In this document: positions 35,980-47,142 of the stretch, one piece after another
How positions within the stretch are numbered: the stretch's first letter is position 1
How the letters are laid out: every line of letters starts with the position of its first letter
Assembly: GCA_964560655.1 (NCBI GenBank)
Contig: CAZLLR010000001.1
Location: 36,202 to 100,201, forward strand
Length of the DNA: 64,000 nucleotides
Source of the DNA: an uncultured Candidatus Saccharibacteria bacterium
GTDB lineage: Bacteria > Patescibacteriota > Minisyncoccia > GCA-002772825
Reading direction: 5' to 3'
Notes under the pieces: model-generated
Told to the model about the DNA's origin: nothing
The model's database searches: none
The model's input: only the letters and a program-made list of their open reading frames with translations
Translations under genes and position numbers: made by a program

Positions 35980-37163
35980 AAATTGCTATCTTTTCTGACA
36001 ACTTTTATCCTGAAATAAGCGGGATAGCAGACTCTATCATCTCTTTAGCCAAAGAGCTAGACAAACGCGGATATAAAATAGATTTTTATGTTCCTTGGTA
36101 TTCTTTAAAAAATTATAAAAAAATAAACGCCATAAAAAAAGAAGTTAACACGAGTGAAAATATAAATGTCATCAGGTTTCTATCTTTGCCATTTCCGGCA
36201 GGGACACAACAAGCTCGCTTAGTAATTCCTTCTTTTTGGCGTTGGCTCTACATATGGAAGAATAGGCCTGATATTATCTTCAGTCAGTTAGTATTTGGAG
36301 TGGGACTCGAAGGATTAATCTCTTCAAAGATATTAAATATTCCTATGGTAGGCACCAATCACACAGCTATAACAGAATTTGTAAAATATAGCCCCCTTAA
36401 GGCAAGGTGGTTTAGCAATTTTATGCTTCGATATATATCTTGGTATTATAATCACTGCAGATTCGTAACGGGGCCGTCTCAATCAATCCTTACAGAGATG
36501 GAGGAAAACGGCCTCAAATCTCCCCACAAGGTTGTATCCAACCCTATAGATACAGAAGATTTTTCTCCGATCAATGAAGACTCTGCCCAAAAATTAAAAA
36601 AAAGGTTTAATTTCTCTGATAATACTCTTATCTTTGCTGGAAGATTAGCAATAGAGAAGGATATCGATGTCCTTATCCGCGCAATAATATTAGTGAAAAA
36701 GGAGATTCCCGAAATTAGTCTAGCTTTAGCCGGGCATGGACAAGACGAGATGCGATTGAAAAAATTAGCCAAAGATCTTGATGTAGAAGACAATGTCAAC
36801 TTCTTAGGCACACTTAATAAACCAACGCTTGCAAAAGCCTTCCAAGCCTCAGAAATATTCGTCACTGCTAGTACATCTGAAACACAAGGGATGACCATTC
36901 TCCAAGCGATGGCCTGCGGTAAACCCGTTATAGGTGTTAGGGCAAGGGCACTGCCGGAATATATTAACTGCGACAATAATGGGATATTAGTTAACCCTGG
37001 AGAACATCAAGCATTAGCGAAAAATATAATAATACTATTGAATAATAAAGAAAAGAGAGTAAAATTAGGAAAAGAGGGCAGAAAAACTGCTGAGAATTTT
37101 TCAGCAAGCAATATAGCCTCAGTATGGGAGAATATATTTAAACAACAACTAAAAAAATCATGA
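35976..37163 (+). CDS. Glycosyltransferase family 4
   Basis: IFSDNFYPEISG, AGRLAIEKD, SETQGMTILQAMACGKPV. Confidence 0.92.
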   Translation: MKIAIFSDNFYPEISGIADSIISLAKELDKRGYKIDFYVPWYSLKNYKKINAIKKEVNTSENINVIRFLSLPFPAGTQQARLVIPSFWRWLYIWKNRPDIIFSQLVFGVGLEGLISSKILNIPMVGTNHTAITEFVKYSPLKARWFSNFMLRYISWYYNHCRFVTGPSQSILTEMEENGLKSPHKVVSNPIDTEDFSPINEDSAQKLKKRFNFSDNTLIFAGRLAIEKDIDVLIRAIILVKKEIPEISLALAGHGQDEMRLKKLAKDLDVEDNVNFLGTLNKPTLAKAFQASEIFVTASTSETQGMTILQAMACGKPVIGVRARALPEYINCDNNGILVNPGEHQALAKNIIILLNNKEKRVKLGKEGRKTAENFSASNIASVWENIFKQQLKKS

Positions 37164-37909
37164 AATTAAGCATCGTAATACCCGCATATAATGAAGAAAA
37201 AAGTCTCGGCAAATGCCTTGATTCTGTTTTTAAGGACCTTAAAAATGTGAAAAGTGACGTCGATGTTGAAGTAATTGTAGTAAACAATAATAGCATGGAC
37301 AAGACGAGAGACGTGGCTTTATTATACCCTAGTGTTATTATAGTTGACGAACCCAAAAAAGGCCTTTCTCAAGCTCGACATTCTGGTTTTATGGCGAGCA
37401 AAGGGGAACTCATAGCCAATATTGATGCCGATACAATACTAACAGAGAACTGGATAAATAAAGTTATAGAGCAGTTTTCTAAAAACGAAAATCTTGTCGC
37501 ATTAAGTGGACCTTTTATATATTATGATTTATCTTGTTATCATAGAGTTGCAGTCCGTCTTTTTTATTACGTCGGATTTATGATACATATCATAAATCAT
37601 TATTTACTTAGAGTCGGCTCAATACTTCAGGGGGGTAATTTTATATTAAAGCGTTCCGCTCTTGAAGAAATAAATGGTTATAATACTGAATTTGAATTCT
37701 ATGGAGAAGATACAGACATTGCCCGACGGATTCAAAAACTAGGTGAAGTAAAATTCACTTTCAAATTGCCTATCTTAACATCAGGACGACGATTAAAGGC
37801 CGAGGGGATGCTGAAAATAGGAATAAGATATACTATAAATTATTTTTGGACGACTTTTTTGAATAAACCGTTTACCAAAAAATACTTAGATATTAGGATT
37901 GATAATTAA
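37160..37909 (+). CDS. Glycosyltransferase family 2
   Basis: SIVIPAYNEE, IDAD, GEDTD. Confidence 0.92.
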   Translation: MKLSIVIPAYNEEKSLGKCLDSVFKDLKNVKSDVDVEVIVVNNNSMDKTRDVALLYPSVIIVDEPKKGLSQARHSGFMASKGELIANIDADTILTENWINKVIEQFSKNENLVALSGPFIYYDLSCYHRVAVRLFYYVGFMIHIINHYLLRVGSILQGGNFILKRSALEEINGYNTEFEFYGEDTDIARRIQKLGEVKFTFKLPILTSGRRLKAEGMLKIGIRYTINYFWTTFLNKPFTKKYLDIRIDN

Positions 37910-37914
37910 CTATT

Positions 37915-38592
37915 ATGAAAGGGATTCTCAACAAATATAAATTGCGATGGGTTGATAAAACTTTTTTAATCTCCGTAATTCAAGGTGTTATATTTTTAAT
38001 TTTCAGTTTTGCTATTAATTATAAAGCTAGTGTATATGCTGTTGAAAAACAGAGTAATTTCGTAACTGACATTGTATTAAGCAATATACCTGTTGTCAAT
38101 GTAGATATATTTGTTGTAGAAGGAGCATTATTACTGGTCTGTTTTGTAATCTTATTACTCGCCTATGAACCAAAGACAATCCCTTTTGTACTAAAAAGTA
38201 TCGCCTTATTTATATTAATTAGGGCTTTTTCCATTATACTAACTCATGTTGGCTCTTTTCCTCAACAGGTTATTATTGACAATAATTGGCTTTTAAGGAG
38301 TGTAGGTATAACACAAAAAGCCGACTTCTTCTTCTCTGGACATACGGGTATGCCATTTCTATTAGCTCTTATCTTTTGGGAAAGTAAGAAATTGCGTATA
38401 TTTTTTCTATCAGCATCAATTTTCTTAGGTATATCTGTATTACTTGGGCATCTGCATTATTCCATAGATGTTTTTGCCGCTTTCTTTATTACCTATACTA
38501 TTTTCCATATATCACGACGATTATTTAAAAAAGATTATGAGGTTCTTCATAATAAGACAAAAAATCTTGACTCTAAGATTAGAATAATCTAA
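37915..38592 (+). CDS. PAP2-superfamily (sphingomyelin-synthase-like) membrane protein
   Basis: DFFFSGHT, HLHYSIDV. Confidence 0.8.
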   Translation: MKGILNKYKLRWVDKTFLISVIQGVIFLIFSFAINYKASVYAVEKQSNFVTDIVLSNIPVVNVDIFVVEGALLLVCFVILLLAYEPKTIPFVLKSIALFILIRAFSIILTHVGSFPQQVIIDNNWLLRSVGITQKADFFFSGHTGMPFLLALIFWESKKLRIFFLSASIFLGISVLLGHLHYSIDVFAAFFITYTIFHISRRLFKKDYEVLHNKTKNLDSKIRII

Positions 38593-38800
38593 AAAATAAA
38601 AACTCATTCAAAAACGGCAAATCATCTATTAGTGCCATATATTCTTTGAGTAAGCTTCTCAATGTATCTAGATTATTCTATCTGGTTGCTATAAAAAACG
38701 CGAATAAGATTATTTTTACTATAGATAGAGGAGTGACTTAAGGTTAATTATATCTAAGTAGTTTTTTTGTGCTTAAATTTAAGTATGTTATAATTATATA

Positions 38801-39880
38801 ATGTTTTATCTAATCAAAAAAATATTTAAATATTTACTAATTTTTTTAGGTGTTATTATCATCCTTATTTTTATAAGGAGATTAAATGGCGATTCTCAAT
38901 TTACAGACAATATATTACCGGAAAATAAACAAATCTCTATAGACTCAGGAGATTACTCCTTTGTTATAATGCACCAAGGAATTGAAAGAAAATATCTCGT
39001 CCATGTTCCCTTAAACTACAATGAGACAAACTCTATTCCTGCAATTATCATCTTACATGGAGGAGGAGGAAATATGGAAGAATCTATAAAATATTTTAAT
39101 CTTAATCCAAAGGCTGATAAAGAAGGATTCTTAGCTATATATCCTGAAGGATATGGTAAAGATTTAGATGGTAAGCACCTAGGGACGTGGAATGCAGGAA
39201 AATGTTGTGCTCCTGCAACAGATAAAAATATTGATGATGTAGGTTTTATAGATAAAGTAATAGAAAAAGTAAAAAAAGACTTTCATATCGATGGAAATAG
39301 GATCTACTCTGTTGGTTTTTCTAATGGAGCTCAAATGTCATACAGGCTAGGATGTGAACTATCTAATAAGATAGCAGCTGTAGTCCTAGGTGGATCGGTA
39401 GGAACATTTGAGGGGTGTTCACCCTCAAGGCCTATTCCTACATATATGTTTAGTGGCACAGAAGATGGATGCACCCCGTATGAAGGTGGGGAAGCATGTG
39501 GTGGTTGCGTAGGAAGATTTTTTAATTCTATCGGAATATCTATAGATGAAAATATTTATCAATGTAGTTCAGTAGATGCTTTTACTACCAAAATAGCAAC
39601 AAAAAATAATTGTTTAAAAGAACCTTCTATTACATACGACAAAGATAGTACAACTTGCGTCACATATAGTTCTTGCACAAATAATGCTGAAGTAACTTCT
39701 TGTAAAATTTCAGGTGGTGGACATGTATGGCCAGGTAAAGATCAATACAGTTTAGATATTTGCAGCAAAAGACCTAATGGGTATGTCTGCAATCAGTGGA
39801 AAAAAGCACTGGGCCCATTAATCACAGATTTCAATGTTAATGATCAAATCTGGAAATTCCTCAAAAAATATAAATTATAA
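38801..39880 (+). CDS. Exported PHB-depolymerase/LpqC-like esterase
   Basis: LHGGGG, WNAGKCC, DDVGFI, GFSNG nucleophile, GGHVWPG. Confidence 0.88.
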   Translation: MFYLIKKIFKYLLIFLGVIIILIFIRRLNGDSQFTDNILPENKQISIDSGDYSFVIMHQGIERKYLVHVPLNYNETNSIPAIIILHGGGGNMEESIKYFNLNPKADKEGFLAIYPEGYGKDLDGKHLGTWNAGKCCAPATDKNIDDVGFIDKVIEKVKKDFHIDGNRIYSVGFSNGAQMSYRLGCELSNKIAAVVLGGSVGTFEGCSPSRPIPTYMFSGTEDGCTPYEGGEACGGCVGRFFNSIGISIDENIYQCSSVDAFTTKIATKNNCLKEPSITYDKDSTTCVTYSSCTNNAEVTSCKISGGGHVWPGKDQYSLDICSKRPNGYVCNQWKKALGPLITDFNVNDQIWKFLKKYKL

Positions 39881-40123
39881 TAAATCTTAATTTTTCTTAT
39901 ATTTACTATTGTTAATGTTTTAGGTACGCACTTATATCACTTTTAATCCTGATATTTCGTTCGGAGTTTTTTCATCTAAGCCATTTAGGCTAACCTCTTA
40001 AATGGCTTTTTATTTGATTCAATAAATATCAGTAACATTATTTATTATCACTCGTCTTTTTATATAGAAAGGTATATTAATAAGCCTTTTTACTATATAT
40101 TTTAATAAATTTGGATAAATACA

Positions 40124-41389
40124 ATGAAGAATGAAGAATATACAATAAAAAATATATCGTTTGAAACTCCAAGGGTTATAGACTTAGAGCTAGTTAAAAA
40201 TAATTTAAGTCCTGTATTTAACTATCAGCCAGGTCAATACGCTATGATAGCTTATAGGAAAAATGGTGTTAGGACGTCTTGGCATCCTTTTACCATAGCA
40301 AGCTCTCCTTCAGAAAGGGGCTCATTAAAGTTTGGAATTAAAACTTTTGGTAAATTCACACAAAGACTCTCTCAACTCTCAGCTGGAGATACAATTTATA
40401 TAAAAGGACCTTATGGGAATTTCACCTTTGACGAAAACGCTTATGAGAAGCGTGTATTCATAGCAGGTGGTATAGGTATCACCCCCTTCTTAAGCGCTCT
40501 TAAATATGCAAACGACAACGATTTTAAAAGTAAGATGACCCTAATATACACAACCCAATCACTTACTGACCTAGCCTTCGTGGAGGATATAAAAAAACTT
40601 GAAAAAGAAAATGATAATTTTACAGCTCATTTTGTAATAAAAAATGTAGATAACAAAGAAAAGTTACAGCCAAACATGCAATGCGGAAGGGTAGATATAG
40701 GAATGCTTCATTCTATCCTTGGTCCAGATGTTAAAGATAGCCTTTTCTTGCTTTGTGGGCCAACTCCTTTTATGAAAGCAATGCAAGGTAACTTAAAAGT
40801 CCTCGGTGCTCCAAGCAGAAAGATAAAATTTGAATCATTTGCCACAAATTCAATCTCTATAAAGGCAAATTATAAGATTTTCATACCTGCACTTGGCGTA
40901 TCAGCACTACTCTTATTTTTCGCCTTAAACTCTATCTCCTTAGCCGCAGAAAAGAAATTTATAGCCAAAAAAGTGCAAGAATCTCCATCTCTGTTAGTAG
41001 AAAATCAAAACACGGCAAATACAATAAACTCAGATCTTCAAAGCAGAGAGAAAATATTTATAATAAATGACAAAATCATCTCAAGGATGACAAGACTTCT
41101 AAATGAAAAAGAAGCGAAAATAATCGAGCTAAACAAAAAAAGATTAGCTCTACTAGAAGAAAGGACTACTATAAATGCCCTAAATCTACCCGTTGCGACA
41201 AAAAATCCGACGACACCTCCTGTCTCAAGCCCAACTCCTAAGCCAGCGCCCACCATAATAAGAAGAGTCGTTACTAAGTCCGTTCAAGCTACACCGCCAC
41301 TCATTGTAAAAACTCCACCACCAGTAGTGCCTATCATAAAAATTCCACCACCAGCTCCTACACCAACTCCAAGAACAACCGTATCATAA
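40124..41389 (+). CDS. Ferredoxin-NADP-reductase-type FAD/NAD oxidoreductase fused to TM, coiled coil and Pro/Thr-rich tail
   Basis: YQPGQY, HPFTIAS, GPYG, AGGIGITPF, LCGP..M, ESF; TM about aa 252-272; ends PTPRTTVS. Confidence 0.85.
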   Translation: MKNEEYTIKNISFETPRVIDLELVKNNLSPVFNYQPGQYAMIAYRKNGVRTSWHPFTIASSPSERGSLKFGIKTFGKFTQRLSQLSAGDTIYIKGPYGNFTFDENAYEKRVFIAGGIGITPFLSALKYANDNDFKSKMTLIYTTQSLTDLAFVEDIKKLEKENDNFTAHFVIKNVDNKEKLQPNMQCGRVDIGMLHSILGPDVKDSLFLLCGPTPFMKAMQGNLKVLGAPSRKIKFESFATNSISIKANYKIFIPALGVSALLLFFALNSISLAAEKKFIAKKVQESPSLLVENQNTANTINSDLQSREKIFIINDKIISRMTRLLNEKEAKIIELNKKRLALLEERTTINALNLPVATKNPTTPPVSSPTPKPAPTIIRRVVTKSVQATPPLIVKTPPPVVPIIKIPPPAPTPTPRTTVS

Positions 41390-41417
41390 GATTATTATTA
41401 ACTTTATAAAAAATAAA

Positions 41418-41942
41418 ATGAAAAATAAATTTAAAAAATCAACTAAAGTGTTATTATTATCTCTAATAGTGATTATAGGACTATTCTCTATAGGGTCTAT
41501 AGTAGTAAGAGCAGATGACCATGAAGATGATGGGTATGAATACTCAAAAGAATATAAAGATGGTAAACGTGAAGAAGAAAAAGAGAATAAGGTTCACTAC
41601 AAAGAGGAGGCTGCACCAGAATATTTAGAGACAGTATCTGCTGAACAAATGCAATTTCCTGTTGCACCTCCAGAACCAAAAGAAATCATAACCTATGAAG
41701 AAATAGTTGGGGAAATAATAGAAGAACCGCAACTAATCGAAGAAGAAAAGCCTATTGTAAAAACAAAAGTACAAGATATTCCTGATCAGCTCCTAGACTC
41801 AGACAATGACGGCGTGCCTGATTCTTTAGACCAACACCCTGGTGAAGATGATCTAATCTATGCAGTAAAAGATGTAAACGAAGATGGTATAACCGATGAT
41901 TTCGCATATTTGGCAAATAGCATATATGGAAATATTCGATAG
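41418..41942 (+). CDS. Exported acidic protein with TSP3-like Ca-binding motif
   Basis: Signal peptide; DSDNDGVPDSLDQHPGEDD, DVNEDGITDD. Confidence 0.75.
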   Translation: MKNKFKKSTKVLLLSLIVIIGLFSIGSIVVRADDHEDDGYEYSKEYKDGKREEEKENKVHYKEEAAPEYLETVSAEQMQFPVAPPEPKEIITYEEIVGEIIEEPQLIEEEKPIVKTKVQDIPDQLLDSDNDGVPDSLDQHPGEDDLIYAVKDVNEDGITDDFAYLANSIYGNIR

Positions 41943-42879
41943 TATAAAGACGTTAGGAACAGATTTCACCGTTCTTATCGTCTCAGAAGACAAAGTGGAA
42001 ACAAAAAAGGATATCCAAGAAATTTGTAATCTTGCAATTTTATTTGATGAACATTTTAGTCGTTTTCGAAGCGACAGCGAGCTGACTAAACTAAATGATT
42101 CAGCAGGAGGTAATTTTATAGCAAGCGATGAGCTGATTGATATACTTAATAAAGCTCAAAGATTTCACAAGCTCACTGGTGGAATCTTTGACCCAACTAT
42201 ATTAGAAGCGCTTGAACAAATTGGGTATAAAGAGAGTTTTAATATATTGAGTAATAATAATGACCCTGATACACAATTAGATACGGATGAGATGATAAAT
42301 ACTTTCTTTGATAGGCCACCTTTCTCAATATCCATTATAGATAAAAACACAAACTTAATATCTACACCTAAGAGACTTAAGATCGATCTTGGTGGATTAG
42401 GAAAAGGATATCTACTAGATTTACTGGCAAAAAAACTTAAAGAAAAATATAATAATTTCTGGATATCTGCCGGTGGTGATATGATCTTACATGGGAAAGA
42501 TAATCTATCAGGTATTTGGCATGTAGGAGTGCAAAATCCGATAAAGCATAGAGAGGATTTATTAAAGATACGTGTCCTTGGAGATAGCTTATCGATAGCC
42601 ACTTCTGGAACAACCAAAAGAAGGGGAATTAAAAATGGATTCTCTTGGCATCATATAATAGACCCTAGGACAGGCCTACCAGTAAATAATGACGTACTAG
42701 CCGTCACGGTTATAGCTAAAAATGCGCTTGAGGCTGATATCTTAGCAAAGACAATCTTAATAATGGGAAAAGAAGAAGGGATTAACTTTATAAATAAGTT
42801 GCCTGAAGTTGAATGCCTGATGATAGACAAACAAATGCACTTCACTTTTTCCAAGCAGATGAAAAATTATATAATTTGA
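41926..42879 (+). CDS. apbE: FAD:protein FMN transferase
   Basis: FSRFRSDSEL, GGIFDPTI, IDLGGLGKGY, AGGD, ATSG, HHIIDPRTG. Confidence 0.93.
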   Translation: MEIFDSIKTLGTDFTVLIVSEDKVETKKDIQEICNLAILFDEHFSRFRSDSELTKLNDSAGGNFIASDELIDILNKAQRFHKLTGGIFDPTILEALEQIGYKESFNILSNNNDPDTQLDTDEMINTFFDRPPFSISIIDKNTNLISTPKRLKIDLGGLGKGYLLDLLAKKLKEKYNNFWISAGGDMILHGKDNLSGIWHVGVQNPIKHREDLLKIRVLGDSLSIATSGTTKRRGIKNGFSWHHIIDPRTGLPVNNDVLAVTVIAKNALEADILAKTILIMGKEEGINFINKLPEVECLMIDKQMHFTFSKQMKNYII

Positions 42880-43757
42880 TTAATATAAATAAAAAAAGAT
42901 TAATTCTAATATTTATGGCAATATTATTTGCTATATTTTTGATACCATCTTTTTCTGTAAATGCCTTTGAGTCACTTTATAAGTTCTCTCCTCCAAAAGA
43001 TAGCGACTTTGATGGGTTGACTGACCAAGCTGAAATACAAAAATTTCATACAAACCCCCTTGAAGCAGACACTGATAAAGATGGCTTTATAGATGGAGCT
43101 GAAGTGCTCTCAAATACAGACCCTAACAACGCTAGTGACCCTAAAGACACTTTCTCTCTGGTAGATTATGAAGAGTACACACAAAATTACCAAAAAGTCG
43201 TTAGCCTAACTCAATCAAAGTTTTCTGCTTCGTGGCCATGGTATATATCAAGGTCATCTGGGATCATCGCCTACATATTACTTTTTCTCATCATCGTATC
43301 TGGCATAGGGATAAAAACAGGCTTCATTTACAAAATCACAAACCCAGACTTGTCATGGGTTATACATAGGAATATAGGTATTATTATGTCTATATCCATA
43401 ATAATTCATTTTGTCTCTCTTATGTTTGATGAGTACATTAAATTCACTGTGTTAAATGTTTTATCTCCTTTTGCTCCAAAAGTAGGTGGGATCTATCTTA
43501 GTATTGGAATTATCAGCTTCTATATAATTATAGCGGCTATTGTCACATCATTTTTTTACCAACAAAAATACCCTAGGTTATGGCAAGTTGTGCATTACCT
43601 GCCATATCCAACTTTCATATTAATATTTCTTCACGGCATAATGATGGGAAGTGATTCAAACACTCTTATAATGCAAACTGTATATTGGTCTACAGGGATA
43701 AGTTTTGTGTTACTACTCGTTTATAGGATCTCTTATATCTTCAAACCAGCAAAATAA
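42876..43757 (+). CDS. Ferric-reductase/MsrQ-like heme membrane protein with N-terminal TSP3-like repeats (start uncertain)
   Basis: WYISRSSG, His pairs (IHR..IHF, VHY..LHG); DSDFDGLTD, DTDKDGFIDG; TTGA overlap with apbE stop. Confidence 0.8.
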   Translation: MININKKRLILIFMAILFAIFLIPSFSVNAFESLYKFSPPKDSDFDGLTDQAEIQKFHTNPLEADTDKDGFIDGAEVLSNTDPNNASDPKDTFSLVDYEEYTQNYQKVVSLTQSKFSASWPWYISRSSGIIAYILLFLIIVSGIGIKTGFIYKITNPDLSWVIHRNIGIIMSISIIIHFVSLMFDEYIKFTVLNVLSPFAPKVGGIYLSIGIISFYIIIAAIVTSFFYQQKYPRLWQVVHYLPYPTFILIFLHGIMMGSDSNTLIMQTVYWSTGISFVLLLVYRISYIFKPAK

Positions 43758-43800
43758 TTCTCTTATTCCTTATATAGGAATTACTCACAAATTTACTTAA

Positions 43801-43840
43801 ACGAACGACTCATCCTCTAATTAGAGGATGAGTCGTTCGT
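43801..43840. repeat. 40-bp perfect loopless palindrome
   Basis: ACGAACGACTCATCCTCTAA|TTAGAGGATGAGTCGTTCGT. Confidence 0.9.
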
Positions 43841-43969
43841 CTTGCTTGACTTTTTAATTGTATTATGCTTCAATAGACATATCAAATCGAGTCTGTAAGA
43901 GGAACGAAGTCGGGTTTTTATCGTACAGTATTTTAGGTTTGAACTTTATTCGCACTAGTTTTTCTTACA

Positions 43970-44170
43970 ATGAATCAAGGAACTATAGCTCGTCTCACAG
44001 ATCGTGGATTTGGCTTCATAGCTCAAGAGGGAGAGGAAAAAGATGTTTTCTTTCACGCAAATGAGTTAAAGAATGCCAGCTTCGACGAACTTCGTGAAGG
44101 CGACAAAGTAACATTTGACACAGCAGAGGGTCCTAAGGGAGTCAATGCTGTTAATGTAAACAAGGCGTAA
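43970..44170 (+). CDS. Cold-shock domain protein
   Basis: RGFGFI (RNP1), DVFFH (RNP2), GPKG. Confidence 0.93.
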   Translation: MNQGTIARLTDRGFGFIAQEGEEKDVFFHANELKNASFDELREGDKVTFDTAEGPKGVNAVNVNKA

Positions 44171-44318
44171 TTACGCTTTAACAAAAACATCCCGCCCTGC
44201 GGGGTGTTTTTGTTAAGATAGTATACTTTCTACACGATTGATGTTAACATATTCTTTCAACTGGAATTTAAATATGAAGAAAAATCATCCGACTTTATCT
44301 TAAATAATAATTTTAAAA

Positions 44319-46091
44319 ATGGAAATCAGAAATATAGCTATAATAGCCCATGTAGATCATGGCAAAACGACACTTACAGATGCCATATTGCGCCAAACAG
44401 GCGCCGTAGAAACAGGAGTAAGTATGGACAGTAACACACTCGAAAAGGAGCGTGGTATTACCATTTACTCTAAAAATGCAGCTGTCACTTATAAAAACAC
44501 TAAGATAAATATAGTTGATACACCTGGGCACGCAGATTTTGGATCAGAAGTAGAGCGTGTACTTCGTTCTATAGATTCAGTTCTTCTTATTGTCGATGCC
44601 CAAGAAGGACCTATGCCTCAGACTCGTTTTGTACTTAAGAAGTCTCTTGCTCTTGGACTCAAGCCAATACTCGTTATAAATAAGATTGATAAACCGGCAG
44701 CAAATCCTGAAAGTGCTCACGACAAAGTATTTGAATTATTCTCTGAGCTTGGTGCGACGAACGAACAACTGGACTTCCCTGTGATATATGCCATAGGAAG
44801 AGAGGGGATAGCTAAGAAGGAAGTAACTGACGAGTCTAAGGACTTAACTCCTCTTTTGGACTTAATTTTAGAGAAAGTACCAGCTGCCTCTGGAGACGCA
44901 AGTGCTTCGTTTCTCGCTCAGCCCTTTAATCTTGCGTATGATAATTTCTTAGGCAGAATCGCTGTGATAAGAATTTACAGTGGTAAAATAAATGCCGGTG
45001 ACACTGTATATATAAAAAAAGGTGATAAATTAAATAAATATAAAATAACTAAACTCTTTGCTTTTGAAGGAGTATCTAGAGTGGAAGTAACTACGCTAGA
45101 GGCTGGCGATATAGGGATGATCGCTGGGATACCAGACGTCTACATAGGCGACACTTTAGCTGGCTCTCCAGATGTGCCACTCCTTGAAACTATTGCCGTG
45201 GATGAGCCTACTATTGAACTTACCTTTCTTATAAATAACTCTCCTTTTGCCGGACGAGAAGGAAAATTTGTAACAAGTCGCCAGATAAGAGAAAGGCTTG
45301 AGAAAGAACTTGAGGTAAATGTAGGACTAAAGGTAGATTTTGACTCTGCAAGTGGTGATCAGTTTACTGTCTATGGTAGGGGAGAGCTCCATGTCGCTAT
45401 ACTCCTTGAGAATATGCGTCGTGAAGGATATGAAGTCCAAGTATCTCAACCGCAAGTTATTACGAAAGAAATAGAAGGAAAACTCCACGAACCATTTGAA
45501 GAGATAGTGATAGACGTCCCAAGCGATTGCCAGGGTTCTATCATAGAAAAACTAAGCAAAAGAGGCTCAATCCTCAAAAATATGGAAATTCATGAAAGCC
45601 GAGCGATGCTTGTATTTGAAGGACCTAGCCGTGGACTCTTTGGGTATCGTAATAAGTTTGTGATAGATACAAAAGGAGAGGGGATAATGGCCACTAGGAA
45701 CATCGGATATCGCCGACATGTAGGAGAGATTGCCAGACAAGAAGTCGGCTCTATGATCTCACAAGTCTCCGGTAAAACACTAGCTTATTCTCTTGATAAT
45801 CTTCAGACTCGAGGGACTCTATATGTCAAAGAAAATACCGAAGTCTATGAAGGTATGGTAATAGGAAATACTTCTAAAGGGGAGCAGATGACAGTAAACC
45901 CTATTAAAGGGAAACAGCTTACTAATATGCGCGCCTCTGGCTCTGATGACGCAGTGAAAATTGTCCCTCCGCACCTATTGACGATAGAAACTGGACTAGA
46001 GATTATGGCTAAGGATGAATATCTTGAGGTCACACCACAAAGCGTCCGCTTAAGAAAAAAGTTTCTTAAGGAATCCGAGAGAAAGAAATAA
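44319..46091 (+). CDS. typA: Translational GTPase TypA/BipA
   Basis: [38 protein letters not shown]. Confidence 0.96.
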   Translation: MEIRNIAIIAHVDHGKTTLTDAILRQTGAVETGVSMDSNTLEKERGITIYSKNAAVTYKNTKINIVDTPGHADFGSEVERVLRSIDSVLLIVDAQEGPMPQTRFVLKKSLALGLKPILVINKIDKPAANPESAHDKVFELFSELGATNEQLDFPVIYAIGREGIAKKEVTDESKDLTPLLDLILEKVPAASGDASASFLAQPFNLAYDNFLGRIAVIRIYSGKINAGDTVYIKKGDKLNKYKITKLFAFEGVSRVEVTTLEAGDIGMIAGIPDVYIGDTLAGSPDVPLLETIAVDEPTIELTFLINNSPFAGREGKFVTSRQIRERLEKELEVNVGLKVDFDSASGDQFTVYGRGELHVAILLENMRREGYEVQVSQPQVITKEIEGKLHEPFEEIVIDVPSDCQGSIIEKLSKRGSILKNMEIHESRAMLVFEGPSRGLFGYRNKFVIDTKGEGIMATRNIGYRRHVGEIARQEVGSMISQVSGKTLAYSLDNLQTRGTLYVKENTEVYEGMVIGNTSKGEQMTVNPIKGKQLTNMRASGSDDAVKIVPPHLLTIETGLEIMAKDEYLEVTPQSVRLRKKFLKESERKK

Positions 46092-46225
46092 AAACAGAAA
46101 GTAAAAGACTCTTAATCTCTTTTTTTTAACCCCTATTGAAAAATAGGGGTTATTAATATATCCTAGGACTACAGTCAGCTCATTTAAAAATAGATTAATT
46201 AAATCTTATATAAAAGGAGGGTTCT

Positions 46226-47098
46226 ATGAGAAAAGTTATAGTTCGTGATCTTAATTCTTATTTTTCTTATATTAATAGTTTTCCTCTCCTCAGTAGAAGA
46301 GAAGAACTAGAACTTGCTTACAAAATAAAAAAAGGTGGAGTATTAAGTGTCGCCGCATTTGAAAAGATGGTAAATTCGAATCTTAGACTAGTTGTCAATA
46401 TAGCTAAAAGATTTACAAGAGTTAGTTATCGCCTAAGCTTTAGTGATTTAATTCAGGAAGGGAATGTAGGGCTAATTTTAGCCATCAATAAATTCAAGGG
46501 AGAAAAAGGTTGTAGGTTATCTTCTTATGCTACTTACTGGATACGGCAAACTATAAGAAGTGCCCTAAGAAGAGAGTCAAATGAACTTCGCCTTCCTACT
46601 CACACTAGTGTAGATATAAGTAATTTTAGAAAAACTTCCAAGGAGCTTTCTACCAAACTAGGGCGCGAGCCATCTCTAGAAGAAATATCGGATAAGATAA
46701 AACTCACCAGGACTAAAGGGGGAGGATTAAAAAAAGTAGAAATGCTAGAAGCAATAAGCAAAAGGCATTTTTATTCTCTTAATGCTCCGGCTGTAGGGAC
46801 AGATACAAACTTAATAGAGTTTATACCGAATCCTTCTAGTATAGATCCGATAAAACCAATCGAGAAAAAAACTAGAAGAAATAGACTAAGAAAGATCTTA
46901 GGTAGTGGACTTCTTACAGAAAAAGAAGTGACTATCATCAAACTTCGCTTCGGGTTTACAGGAGATCAAGATGGTCAAACTCTTGAAAAGATAGGTGACG
47001 AATTTGGTGTTACCAGAGAAAGAATACGTCAAATAATAGAAACATCTCTTTTTAAATTAAAGGAAAAGTACTCTCAAGAGCTCAAATATTTATACTAG
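46226..47098 (+). CDS. Second RpoD/RpoS-like sigma-70 factor lacking region 1.1
   Basis: [47 protein letters not shown]; SD AAGGAGG. Confidence 0.88.
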   Translation: MRKVIVRDLNSYFSYINSFPLLSRREELELAYKIKKGGVLSVAAFEKMVNSNLRLVVNIAKRFTRVSYRLSFSDLIQEGNVGLILAINKFKGEKGCRLSSYATYWIRQTIRSALRRESNELRLPTHTSVDISNFRKTSKELSTKLGREPSLEEISDKIKLTRTKGGGLKKVEMLEAISKRHFYSLNAPAVGTDTNLIEFIPNPSSIDPIKPIEKKTRRNRLRKILGSGLLTEKEVTIIKLRFGFTGDQDGQTLEKIGDEFGVTRERIRQIIETSLFKLKEKYSQELKYLY

Positions 47099-47134
47099 CC
47101 ATATATAAATGATAATTATCATTTATATATGGCT
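47097..47134. repeat. 38-bp perfect loopless palindrome between convergent genes
   Basis: AGCCATATATAAATGATAA|TTATCATTTATATATGGCT. Confidence 0.9.
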
Positions 47135-47142
47135 TTTCTTTT

